Assembly: GCA_051294375.1 (NCBI GenBank)
Contig: CM119268.1
Coordinates: forward strand, 4,503,162-4,567,161
Length of the DNA: 64,000 nucleotides
Reading direction: 5' to 3'
DNA from: Paraspadella gotoi
Taxonomy: Eukaryota > Animalia > Chaetognatha
Under the pieces are notes generated by a model that worked only from the letters and a program-made list of their open reading frames with translations, was not told where the DNA came from and did no database searches. The first letter of the stretch is position 1; each line of letters begins with the position of its first letter. Below are positions 28,946-39,988 of the stretch, piece by piece. Position numbers and translations under genes: made by a program.

Positions 28946-31680
28946 CTTCCGCATTACGAATTTGAAACGGAGTATGACATTTAAGAAATCACAATAAAAT
29001 AAAAAAGGAAAAATTACAACAGAAATAAGAAGAAAATGTATGAAACAAGTGGAACTAATGATAGGAGGAACGACATACTAATTAAAAACATTGAAACATG
29101 ATAGGCGGGAAAAACATTAGGAAAGATGATATCGCGAATGACATCAAATCAAGGAAAAACAAATCATCTAAGAAAATGGAAAAAATAATTATAAAAAATA
29201 AAATTTAACTAGTAATATAAAAGGAGGAAAGTCAGAGGGGGTTAGAGGAATTCAAGAGGAAGGCGCTGATTGGACGAAAAGCTGATGGAAAAAAGCGCTC
29301 ATTACTCGTTACTTTAAAAAGGAAGACGCTGATTGGTGGATAGGGAGGCACTCCTAAGAGGAAGTCGGTGATTGGTTAATATAGCGAAAATTTTAAAGAG
29401 GAAGTCGCTGATTGGTGGAGAGGCTAGGGGTGTTCAAAGAAGGAAAGACGATAAGGGTGCTTATTGGACGGCTCGGCGGCGCTTAAACGAAAAAAAAAAT
29501 ACCCTGATTGGTAAAANNNNNNNNNNNNNNNNNNNNNNNNNTAGACGTTCAACGAACTACTACGACGACGGGTCCCTGACGACGACCGGACTAACCGATT
29601 CATAGGGAAACGAATCAGCCACGTGCGCGAGGATCTGGACGACGATAGACGGTACGACGAACGGGAGAGTACGACGAACGGACGACGCCGACACTAGACT
29701 AGATCGATTATAGTGACAATCCGATTCTTAAGTCAGCATAGAAAAGAAAGATTTGGATCCGAGCTCTCGTACGGTTGGGAGAGTACACGGTCTCACGAGG
29801 GAAAAAAATGTGCTGATTCATTTAAAATCTTTCATTCACGGCTTCCTGCTTTGACGCTTTTTTCTGTCTTTTTATTTTTTCTTGAACCGAGTTAATTCAT
29901 TTTTTTATGCGGATATTAACGAATTTTATTTATATTTTGTAAAGTGTAAGTTCGCTCAAATATTAGTACTGTAATTTGGTAAGACAAAGTAGGAACATGG
30001 AAATCCTTTAACCTAAAAATATGAAGTCGTACGGGTTAAGTACAATTTTAATAAATACAGTAAAAGTACACTATAGTACTGTGAAGATAAAGGCAGAAAA
30101 TGAAATGTCAACGACGTTTGTTGTTCTCCATTGTTTCAAGGAGCTCCATTGTTGGTTGCCTTCCTCTATTTATTAAAAAAGGACTTCGTCGGTCTCGGGC
30201 CTTGCCTGCTGTTCTTGAGCAATAAACGAATATAATTTTATTAAAAAAAAATTAAATGAAAAGACACATCTGTCTTCCTCTCTGCTCGTGTAAATACATA
30301 ATGAGATAAAAGTAAAACCCTTAACGCAAATTAAGATCTTCAGCCTTCAATACCACGAGTGCGTAATATACTGTTAGGAATTGAGCAGATCGATTCACAG
30401 AGCTGATATAATACACGGAGGAGAGACACACAGGAGAGCGTTGGTTACTACTAGGAATCAAACTAAGGAGATACGACTTCCCAAGGGATCCAGTGGAAGG
30501 CACTCTGTACCGAAGATTTCGAGCCCGCGAATGTGCTATTATTAGTAAGTGACGGGAAACAGAATTGGGGGTGTCAAGAGTAAAGGATGGGGAGGAGTGT
30601 GATTCCGAATTAAACTTACGGCTGTGGACAAGAAATGTGTTGAGTGTGTGACGAAGAAAGAAACATTAGGGTTTTTTCTTCATTCCAAACCTCCGCGCTT
30701 CGTTATTCTAGCATCTGATGCGAAAGAAGCAGTCTGCTCTCTCTCTCGTCTCTCTCTCCGGCATCTCTCTCTCTGTCTCCTTCGCGTCGTTGGACTGCCA
30801 AGTCAAATCACTCATGAGAATCATCTCATCTGCTCATCTCTCATGCTCTCTCTCTCTCTTCGCTCGCAGTCATCAGCCCATGATGTTGCGGTTAAAACGA
30901 AGATGTCCCTGGAAACTGATTGCTGTCACTTGCGTTCGATGTTAAGCACGGTTTTTTTATCTCTTAATTCACTGTGTCGTTTCTTCTTCTCTCGTCTTCT
31001 CCCTCTACTCTCTCTTCTCATCGGTCTCGAGTACTCACTCCTCAGTCAGCATCGTTACCTGCAGGAAGTTCTTAACGGAGAGAGAGAGAGGAGTGGAGAG
31101 AACAATGTCCATCTCTCGAGAGGTTGGGAATGTTATTTTATCCTTTTCTGTATTTCTCTCTTCTCTACCCTTTTCTTCCTATGCTTCTCTCTCTCTCTTT
31201 CTCTTTCTCTCTCTCTCTCCTCTCTCTTTCTCTCTCTCTCTCTCTCCATCTCAACACTCATGTATATCTGTACGGCCATTAACTGGTTACATTGTTACTC
31301 GCTGTGGTTAAACATTCACAATTTTGGAGCATAATAAATCAAACATCAAATCAATCAAAATCTCTCTCTCTTCTCTCCTCTCTCTCCCTCTCTCTTCTCT
31401 ATCTCGCTTGTTCTTCTCGTCATCGAGAATTAATCTCTCATCCTCAGTTTAGTTCCTTTGCACTTTGGTCGCTGCCGTCGGCGCTATTGTCGGCTTCGTC
31501 GGTTTTTGTTATTATTACTTATTACAATATCCCGTCTCTTTCCCCCCTCGTGTCATACCGTCTGACCGGGGGTCGCGAATCGTCGTCCATCTCATCTTTT
31601 CCGACCAACCTATTTAAATGCGTTTAAGTGTATCAGAAGTGAAAGACCCTCCTCTATTGCTAGACCTCTGCCTGCCTCTC

Positions 31681-31735
<55 letters not shown>

Positions 31736-32288
31736 CTCTCTTCTCTCTCTCTCTCTCTCTCGTTATAATCGTTTTCAACTTTTATTTATCGTTTAGTTAA
31801 AAAAGAAAATTAAGGCGGAGCGTGCAAAAAAAAACTTATGGAAGATATGATTTATCTATTTAAGGTGAAGAAGTGGGGGGGGGAAGACCGTTGAGGGAGA
31901 AAAGGTTCGCATATTACGTCGCGTGTATGTTTAAAAAGAAAAAAAAAACATTCAGACGTTTTTTGACGAATGACCTATTTTTAATTCCCAATCAAAAGAG
32001 AACACCGCCAATAAAAAACAATATTTATTTACGTACAAATAATCTGATGTCTAAAATTGTCCAAATATTTTAAATTTCTGTTTAAATATTGATTAAAAAC
32101 GAATATAAAAACGAGTAGTAATTAAAATAAATTAATGCTAAAAAAAAGTCGCGATTCGGTTTTCGATTTAAACGACGATTTTTCTCTCTCGACTAATCTC
32201 CTCCTCCTCCTCCTCCTCCTCCTCCTCATCCTTCCCGCGCGCCTCTTCATTAATCAAGCAGATTCATCGTTTCACGTGGAGTCTCCCT

Positions 32289-32560
32289 CTCCATCTCCCA
32301 ACCGTATCTGTAATATCTATCTCCATCTCCCAACCGCATCTGTAATATCTATCTCCATCTCCCAACCGCATCTGTAATATCTATCTCCATCTCCCAACCG
32401 CATCTGTAATATCTATCTCCATCTCCCAACCGCATCTGTAATATCTATCTACATCTCCCAACCGCATCTGTAATATCTATCTCCATCTCCCAACCCCATC
32501 TGTAATATCTATCTCAATCTCCCAACCCCACCTGTAATATATATTCCCATCTCTCAACCC
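32289..32560. repeat. 32-nt minisatellite (ctccatctcccaaccgcatctgtaatatctat), ~8 copies
   Basis: Near-perfect 32-nt period in intron 1. Confidence 0.9.
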
Positions 32561-33233
32561 AATTATTTATACTCCTTCCCCAGTCCCAGTCGACCATCTC
32601 CAACACTTTAACCCCAACCCCACCGAATCCACAACTCCGACACATCTAACATTCCCCCCACTAGACCCATATCACCCACAGCTCTCATACACTTCACCCA
32701 CACCTCGCACCCACCTTTATCACACCTCGACTAACCCCTCAAGCATTTCGACGTCCCCCACCTATTTTTAGAATCGACTGACATTCCTTTCAGTTTCGCG
32801 CCAACATATCACCCCCACGATAGAAAAGCCACAAAATGCCCACGAGTTCACGGAACGCAGCAGCACAACTGACCACCTTTCCCCGCCACAACTACATCCC
32901 GGCGCGACCCCTCAAACCAAACTGATAAACAAACTTTTGACAATATCAATCTTCTATCAAACACGAGACAGTCTCCCAGAATAAATAATACATCTATATT
33001 TCCATTTGTAAATCTACGATACTACAATGAAATATGTAAATATCATTTGGAAATCTATATCATTATTTAACCTTATTTAAATTATTGAATAAAGAGTAAA
33101 AAAAAAACTTCTCAGAAAACCTAATCAAGAGATATTGGAAATAATATAAACTGCCACAATATGTAAATGAGATTGAAGCACGAGTTACAACCTCACCTCC
33201 ACTACCCACCACAACCCCCATTATTCAACTCAC

Positions 33234-33331
33234 CGATAGCGAATGTCCTTCCCTTTGGATTCGCAGTTCGTCTCGAACGAATTTTCGTCCAATTAACTCG
33301 AGGAAGAAGTTTTGGTTTCTCGAGATTCGAT

Positions 33332-33370
<39 letters not shown>

Positions 33371-34885
33371 GATTCGTCTTCGTCGTCGTAGTAATAATTA
33401 TCCTCTCCCTGACTGAAGCGCCATCTTTGTCGTTGAATTTCGTCTCTCTCTCTGTCTTTGATTTCGTCTCTCTCTCCCTCTTTGGTTTCATCTCTCTCTC
33501 TGTCTTTGATTTCGTCTCTCTCTCTGTCTTTGATTTCGTCTCTCTCTCCCTCTTTGGTTTCGTGTCTCTCTCTCGTCTCAAGATTCCTTTCTTCTCTCTC
33601 CTCGATTTCGAGTCCGTCTCCCTCTTCCCGTATTCCGACTCTCTCTCTCTTTTCTCCGTTTCTTCGGGCGTCTCGCTCCCTCTCGTTTGTTTTCTCGTTC
33701 TCTCTCTCTCGTTTGTCGTCTCTCTCTCCGTCTTTCTCAAGTATGTTTCCCACGTCCCTTTTCCACTTCCCTTCTTTTTCCTTTGTTTTCGAAAGGGAGA
33801 AATCCTTCCTACTTTTTATTTTTTCGCCGTCGACGACGAACGAAGATTCGTCTTTGATTAATGACGACTTCGTCTTTTTCGTCGTCGTCTTCGTCGTCGT
33901 CTTGCTTCCTCTCTCCCCTCCTTTTTCTCTCACAATCGTGGAACTCGAGTCACTCTTCACTTCTCTCTTCCTCTCATTCACCTCCTCTCCTCTCGGTCTC
34001 CCTCTCTCCTCCCTCCCTCCTTCTCTCCTTTCATTCTCCTCCTCTCCTCTTTCTCTCCCCCTCTCCTCCCTTCCTTCTTCTCTCCTCCCTCTCCTCCCTC
34101 TCCCTTCCTCTTTCGATTCTCCTTTCACCTGGTTTTCGCCATCGTCTTTCTCATCGTCGTCGTCGTCGTCGTCCTTCATTCTCTTCACGTCCGTGTCTCT
34201 CTTTTTTCTTTCCTTTCCTCTGACGTCTACGGGCGTCGTCGCCTCTTGGTCGTCACCGGCGTCATTTTTCGTCGGCGCCGTCAGCACCGCCGGCGCTGCA
34301 GCCGGCGCCGCAGCGGACGCCGCCGGTCCAGCGACCTCCTTCGACCGCATCTGCCGATGACGCGACGGCGCCGATTCCATCTTTACCATCTGTTCTCTCG
34401 GTTCCATCGGTATCGTCTCTTCCATCCCTTCTCTCTCTCCAATCCCTTCCCCATCTTTCACCATCGATTCCACCGCGTTTCTCAGTTCCATCAATTTCGG
34501 TTCCATCCCGACGATGCCCGATTTTCGGTCCAAAGCGACGGAAATCATTCTCAACGTTTTTTCCGCCGCCAATTCTATCGTGGATTTCCGCGTCGGATTC
34601 CGCCTCGCGTTTGACGGCGGGGGCGGTTGTTTTGTCTCGTGTTCCGTCGTCTGTTTCGTCGTCTGTTTCGTCTCTTGTTTCCTCGTTTTTACCGACATCT
34701 TTCTCGTCATCGCCTCGTCCAACTTCGTCTCTTTTTCCCGAAGGATTTCCCGATTCGGCGTCGTCGTCGTCGTCGTCGTCGTCTGTTTTGTTTTCGGAGA
34801 CAATGACGTTTCGTCTTCGTCGTCGTTGTTTCGGGTCGTAGTTTCGACAGGCGACGCCTGGATAATTAGTCCCGCGAGTGACGCT

Positions 34886-34916
<31 letters not shown>

Positions 34917-35965
34917 GCATCGTCGCCGACGCCATAGAAGTTGTCGTCGTCGTCGTCGTCTTCGTCGTCGCCCTTCCCGTCACCGTCGCCGCGTTCATCA
35001 GCAGCGGCAGGAGAAAGAAAGGCAGGAACCGCTTCAGCCACGGCGGACGAAAATCTGACGCTGCTCGTTTCCTTCTGACGAAAGATTCGCTCGATTTTGG
35101 GTGAGAGAGAGAGCGAGTGACGGGGTGAGTGAAAAAGTGAGTGCGAGACAGAGGGTGGGGAAGAGCGAAGGGGGAACAAGAACGAGGAATTAGAGTCTCG
35201 TTAGAGTGGACGGGAAAACGTAGCTGTTGGTGTTGTTTTTGTTGTTGTTGTTGTTGTTGTCCTCTTTTCACTCCGAATTCGTTCCCGTCATTTTCTCTCT
35301 GACTTTGAGATTCTTCTTCCTCCTTCACACGTTTTTCTCTTTGTTCCCTCATTCGTTGTTGTTGTAGTTTTAGTTGTTGTTCTTCTTCTTCCCCCGTCTT
35401 TTCTTCTTCTCCGGCCACGCCCACTCGATCAGCGTCGATTACGAAGGCGGATTCGATATCGTATCGGTTTTTCGATACGAACGCTTCGTCGTCCTCATCG
35501 TCGTCGTCGTCGTCGTCGTCGTCTACACGAATTTCGACGCCGCAATTTTTCATTCGAGAGAGGGAACCAAAAAGCGCGCTGGTTTTAGTGAGTGGCGACG
35601 CCGGGTCCATTGCGGCGTCGTCTTCGAGGTCAGTCGTCGATTGAACTCTTCGGGCGCCGTCCGTCCCTGAAACTGATTTCGGCGCCGCTAGTTCCGACAG
35701 AGTTGCTAATTCCACTGGCGCCGAAAGTTCCATCGGCTGGAAAAATTCCACCGGCGCCGTAAACTCGACTCGACCTTCGGCGCCGCGAATCGGAGAATCG
35801 GAGGGAACGCCGGACGACGATGTCGACGTCGGCGGCGTCGGCGGCGACGTCGGCAAAGTTCTCGCCGGTGCAGACGCGTGACCGGAATTTCTGAATCCGA
35901 GATTCGCCGAATTCCCTTCAGACCGAAGGAAGATTGAGTTCTCAGCCTGGGGTTCGTGTGACGGC

Positions 35966-35996
<31 letters not shown>

Positions 35997-37351
35997 GCGA
36001 CGATGGCGGCGAAAATGTCATCCGACGCTTCGATCCTCGAATTCGATGAGATGAGAGAGAGATAGAGGCACTGCTGCTACTTCTGCTGCTGCTTCTGATG
36101 CTTCTGCCATTGCTTCTAATGCTGCTGATGCTTCTCATGCTGCGGCTGCGGCTGCTTCTAATGTTGCTGCTGCTTCTGATTTTGCTTCGGTTGCTGTAGC
36201 TGTTTTGGTAGTTGACCTTGTTATTGTTGCTGCTTTTAATGCTGTTGTTGTTTTTAACATTGTTGGTATTGTGTTCGTTTTTAATGTCGTCGTCGTCGTT
36301 GTTGTTGTTGTTGTTGNNNNNNNNNNTGTTGTTGTTGTTGTTGTTGTTGTTGTTGTCAAGCGATGACAGTTCGGCGACGATTCGAAAATTTGTGAAGGAA
36401 ATAAACGGCGAAGCTGACATGACATGACATGACATTAAAGGTTTTGAGGAATTATTTGAGCGAGAGAGAGACGCGTTGTTGTAGATGTTATTGTTGTTTT
36501 TGCGATATTTTTCGATTCTGTAGAAGTTGTTCTTGTTCTTGTTTTTGTTTTTGTTTCTCTTTTTAAAGTATTTGAGCGAAAGTTTAAAATGGTTCGAGTT
36601 TGATAATTGACTTTTAATTTGATCTAAGTTCGAATTTTCAGAATCTTTAACTCGATTCAAATTCGGCATTTTACCGAGATCTCTGACCAAACGTTCAGAT
36701 GGATTAAACTTTGCATTTTTAACGCGATCTCTGACCAAACGTTCAGACGGAACAAACTTTGTATTTTTAATGGGATCTCTGACCGAACGTTCAGCCAGAT
36801 TAAACTTTGTATTTTTAACGGGATGTCGGATTAAACATTTTGCCAGATTCAACTTTAGATTTTTAAAAGGATCTCCGATTGTATGTTCAGCTGTATTTAA
36901 CATTATATTTTTAATGGTATCTCGGATAAAAAATTCTGCATTATCCAACTTTGGATTTTTAATGGTATCTGTCATTGAACATTCTGCCGGATTCAACTTT
37001 GAATTTTTATTAGAATCTCTAATCGTACTTTCTGAGGAATTTATTGTAGCATTTTTAGCTGGATCTCTGATCGAACATTCTGCCGGATTTAACTTTGAAT
37101 TTTTAACGGGATCTCTGATCACAAAATCTGCCGGATTCAACTTAGCATTTTTAGCGCGATCTCTGATCGAACGTTTTGCCGGTTCCGAGATCAGGCTGGG
37201 CTTCCGGTCGAGCCAAGTCTTTGCGAAGAAACGATGATTGGTCGGGCTTGAAAATTGATTGGTTTGGAGTTGCGATTGATTGGTAGGGCGTTGTAATTCT
37301 CGTGCTGCGTTTTTTTGATTGGCGAAGAAACGAAACGGATAATTATTGTGC

Positions 37352-37425
<74 letters not shown>

Positions 37426-37578
37426 CGATGATGATGATGATGTCGACGACGACGACGACGACGACGACGAAGACGTTAGATGAATCCAACTGTTTTTGCA
37501 GTCGAGTTGAGTTGAGCTTTGATTGGTGAGTGCGATAGAAGACAGAAGAGGTGCAGAGCGATAAGACGACGATGACGA

Positions 37579-37623
<45 letters not shown>

Positions 37624-38547
37624 AGAAGAAGAAGAAGAATAATGGGAAGAAGTTAATGAGGTCTTAGAGTCCATATCTTCGTCGTCGTCGTCAACCGAGC
37701 CCGCCGTATGAGGGCGCCGAGGCGCCGCCGAGTTCCATGGCGCCGTTTGGCGTCTAAGTTCGGCGTCGATTTTTGAAGATGGCGTCGTTGTCGAGGCGAA
37801 GGTTAGGTTGTTGTTGTTGCAGTTTTTGTTGTTGTTGTCGTCGTCGTCGTGAGCTGAGGCGAATCGTTGACGCTTAGGGGTCAACTCTTCGACCTCGTCA
37901 AGTCGACAACGTCTACCGTCGTCGTCGTTATCGTCATCGTCGTCGTCGTCGTTTCCTTGTTTGCGTCTTTCTTTTAGCTTGACTTTCTTCGTGAGGATAT
38001 TGTTAATTCGCGAGTGTACACGTCCGGCTCTATGATTAGGAGGGTTAAGTTGATACGCGTAGGAGCTACTACTGCTAATAGTGTATTGAATAGAAATATT
38101 GTTGTTTGCGTTGCTATGACGATACGCTAGATTACGTGAGTCGAAAGAATCGAAATTGATTATTGATGCGCGGAGAGGAGGGGGAGGAAGAGGAAGAGGA
38201 GGAGAGGAAGAAGAGGAGGAAGGAGATGAAAAAACTGAAGGAGAAAATTGAGAAGAAGCAGAATTGTCAATTTTGCGACAAATTCGATCGGGAAAACCCG
38301 GATGTAAGAAGACTCGTCGTTGTTGTTGTTGTCGTTTGGTTCGACGATCGCCGGCGTCGACGGAGGCGGGACACGCCCACCGGAAGTCAGAGCCGACGAC
38401 GCCGTCCCCTCGCGGTCGAGCCGGCGGGGCTGGTGAGGCCGATGAGGAGGAGGAGGAGGAGGAGGCAGAGAAGGTGAGTAAACGCTTTTGAGTATGAAAG
38501 GAAAGTCTGCGTCTTGGGGGAGAACGATGCAGGCGACGAAAATGCAT
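33234..38547 (-). CDS. Nmdar1: NMDA receptor GluN1 (NR1)-like gene, giant coding exon 1 (1771 codons + 1 nt): low-complexity N-terminal extension, internal hydrophobic segment, charged spacer, first residues of the ATD
   Basis: 5.3-kb open frame. ATG at 38547 has A at -3 and an in-frame TAA 15 nt upstream. The frame ends ...RSRRTANPKGRTFAI-G|GTGAGT (canonical phase-1 donor at 33233), which joins exon 2 to give IGAVLS as in GluN1 'VNIGAVLS'. The 3' end is well supported. The true start is uncertain, and a 10-N gap at 36317-36326 lies within the frame. Confidence 0.75.
33428..33575 (-). repeat. Coding 24-nt / 8-aa repeat (ERDEIKDR / ERDETKEG), ~6 copies
   Basis: Visible in both the DNA and the exon 1 translation. 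Confidence 0.8.
36650..37190 (-). repeat. Coding 48-nt / 16-aa tandem repeat, ~11 copies (consensus ~SIRDPxKNxKLNPAEx)
   Basis: Units such as VIRDPVKNSKLNPAEC, SIRDPAKNATINSSES and SVRDPIKNTKFVPSER are diverged but have no frameshift or stop. Confidence 0.85.
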
Positions 38548-39187
38548 TCTTATTTTCTTTTATAGTTTTATGTTTTTTAAAAAAAAGATCAATAATATAA
38601 TTTTCCTTGGCTTTTATTTTTTGGTCTGTTTTTTTTTTTTTTTGTTTTTTTTAGTTTTGTTTTTTGTTTTTTGCTTAGTTCTTAAAAATGCTTCTTTTTC
38701 CCTCTGGCGGTCGAATTTTCTCTTCTTGTGAAATGGGTTTTTTTTTCTTTTTGTTTTTGTTTTTTGCTTTTTTTACTTTCGTTGGGTGTTTATATCGGTT
38801 TTTTTTAGTTCCTCTTCTCCCTTCCTTTTTTTGATCGGCTTTCCTCTCCCTCTTTTTCTCTCACTCTCTCTCTCTCTCTCGCTCTCTCGCTCTCCCTCTA
38901 GCTTTCCCGGTTTCCCACGCCGGACGATGGATCCGTCTCCTTCCCTGTCATCGTTGGTCTCTCGTCTCCTTTTCAGGTGGGGACCCGATCGAGCATTTCT
39001 CTCTCCTCTTCGCCCGACAGATCTTAAAGAGCGGGGCCGTATAGGAGAGGAACAGAGTTTGTCGCAAAATCTGGAATGGAGGGAGGGAGAGGGAGTGATG
39101 AGAGAGGGTAGGAAAAAGAGATTGAGAAGGGGGGGATGAAGAAAGGGGAAGAGAGAGAGAAAGAGAGAGAGAGAAGAGAGTAGAGAG

Positions 39188-39219
<32 letters not shown>

Positions 39220-39231
39220 ATGAGAGAGAGA

Positions 39232-39264
<33 letters not shown>

Positions 39265-39736
39265 AGAGAGAGAGACGAGAGGAGAGAGAGATAGCACGCA
39301 GACGAGGCACGAGGCCATGAAGCAGAATTAAGTCTTTGGAAAAAAGAATAAAAGAAAAAAATGTATGTAGTTTAACCAAATAATAAAGGAAAAGAGCAGT
39401 CTGCGAAAAAAGCAAATATTACTCGGGAGGAAAGGGAAAATANNNNNNNNNNNNNNNNNNNNNNNNNAGAGAGAGAGAAGAGAGGACGAGAGAGAGAAAG
39501 AGAGAAGAGAGCAGAGAGATGAGAGAGCACGAGAGAGAGAGAATTAAAATCGTTCCCTGGTAAGCGGAGGGCAAAAAATGGGACGAGAATTTTCTTGTTT
39601 ATTTTGAAAAAAAAGAGGAAAAATTTAAAAAATTTTCGCTGTTTTGTTGTTCGCTCTGTCTCCCTCTTTTTGAACTGGAAAGTGTGAATTTATATAAGTT
39701 GGGGGCTGGTTTGAATAAACAGAAGAAAAGAGAGAG

Positions 39737-39768
<32 letters not shown>

Positions 39769-39907
39769 TGAGAAGAGAGAGAGAGAGGAGAGAAGAGAGA
39801 AGAGAGAGAGAGAGAGAGAGCTCTCCATTGTCTCTAAGCTGTCACTGCCTCCCCCCTTTCTGATCTCATATTTTCACTCTCGGGGCGAAGTCTTTCCACC
39901 TCTCTTA

Positions 39908-39939
<32 letters not shown>

Positions 39940-39940
39940 A

Positions 39941-39988
<48 letters not shown>

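Larger units (their letters stand above)
16970..33233 (-). other. GluN1-like intron 1 (~16.3 kb, includes N gaps)
   Basis: GT...AG between the exon 1 donor and exon 2 acceptor, with matching phase 1. Filled with microsatellites and minisatellites. Confidence 0.8.

Noticed and set aside
32289-32560. 32-nt repeats of CRISPR-like length
   Set aside because: They are head-to-tail with no spacers, there are no cas genes, and the context is eukaryotic.
33202-33233. ORF-track C-terminus ELNNGGCGG* of the 1781-aa ORF
   Set aside because: It is read-through into intron 1 past the GTGAGT donor, so the protein is not a stand-alone single-exon product.
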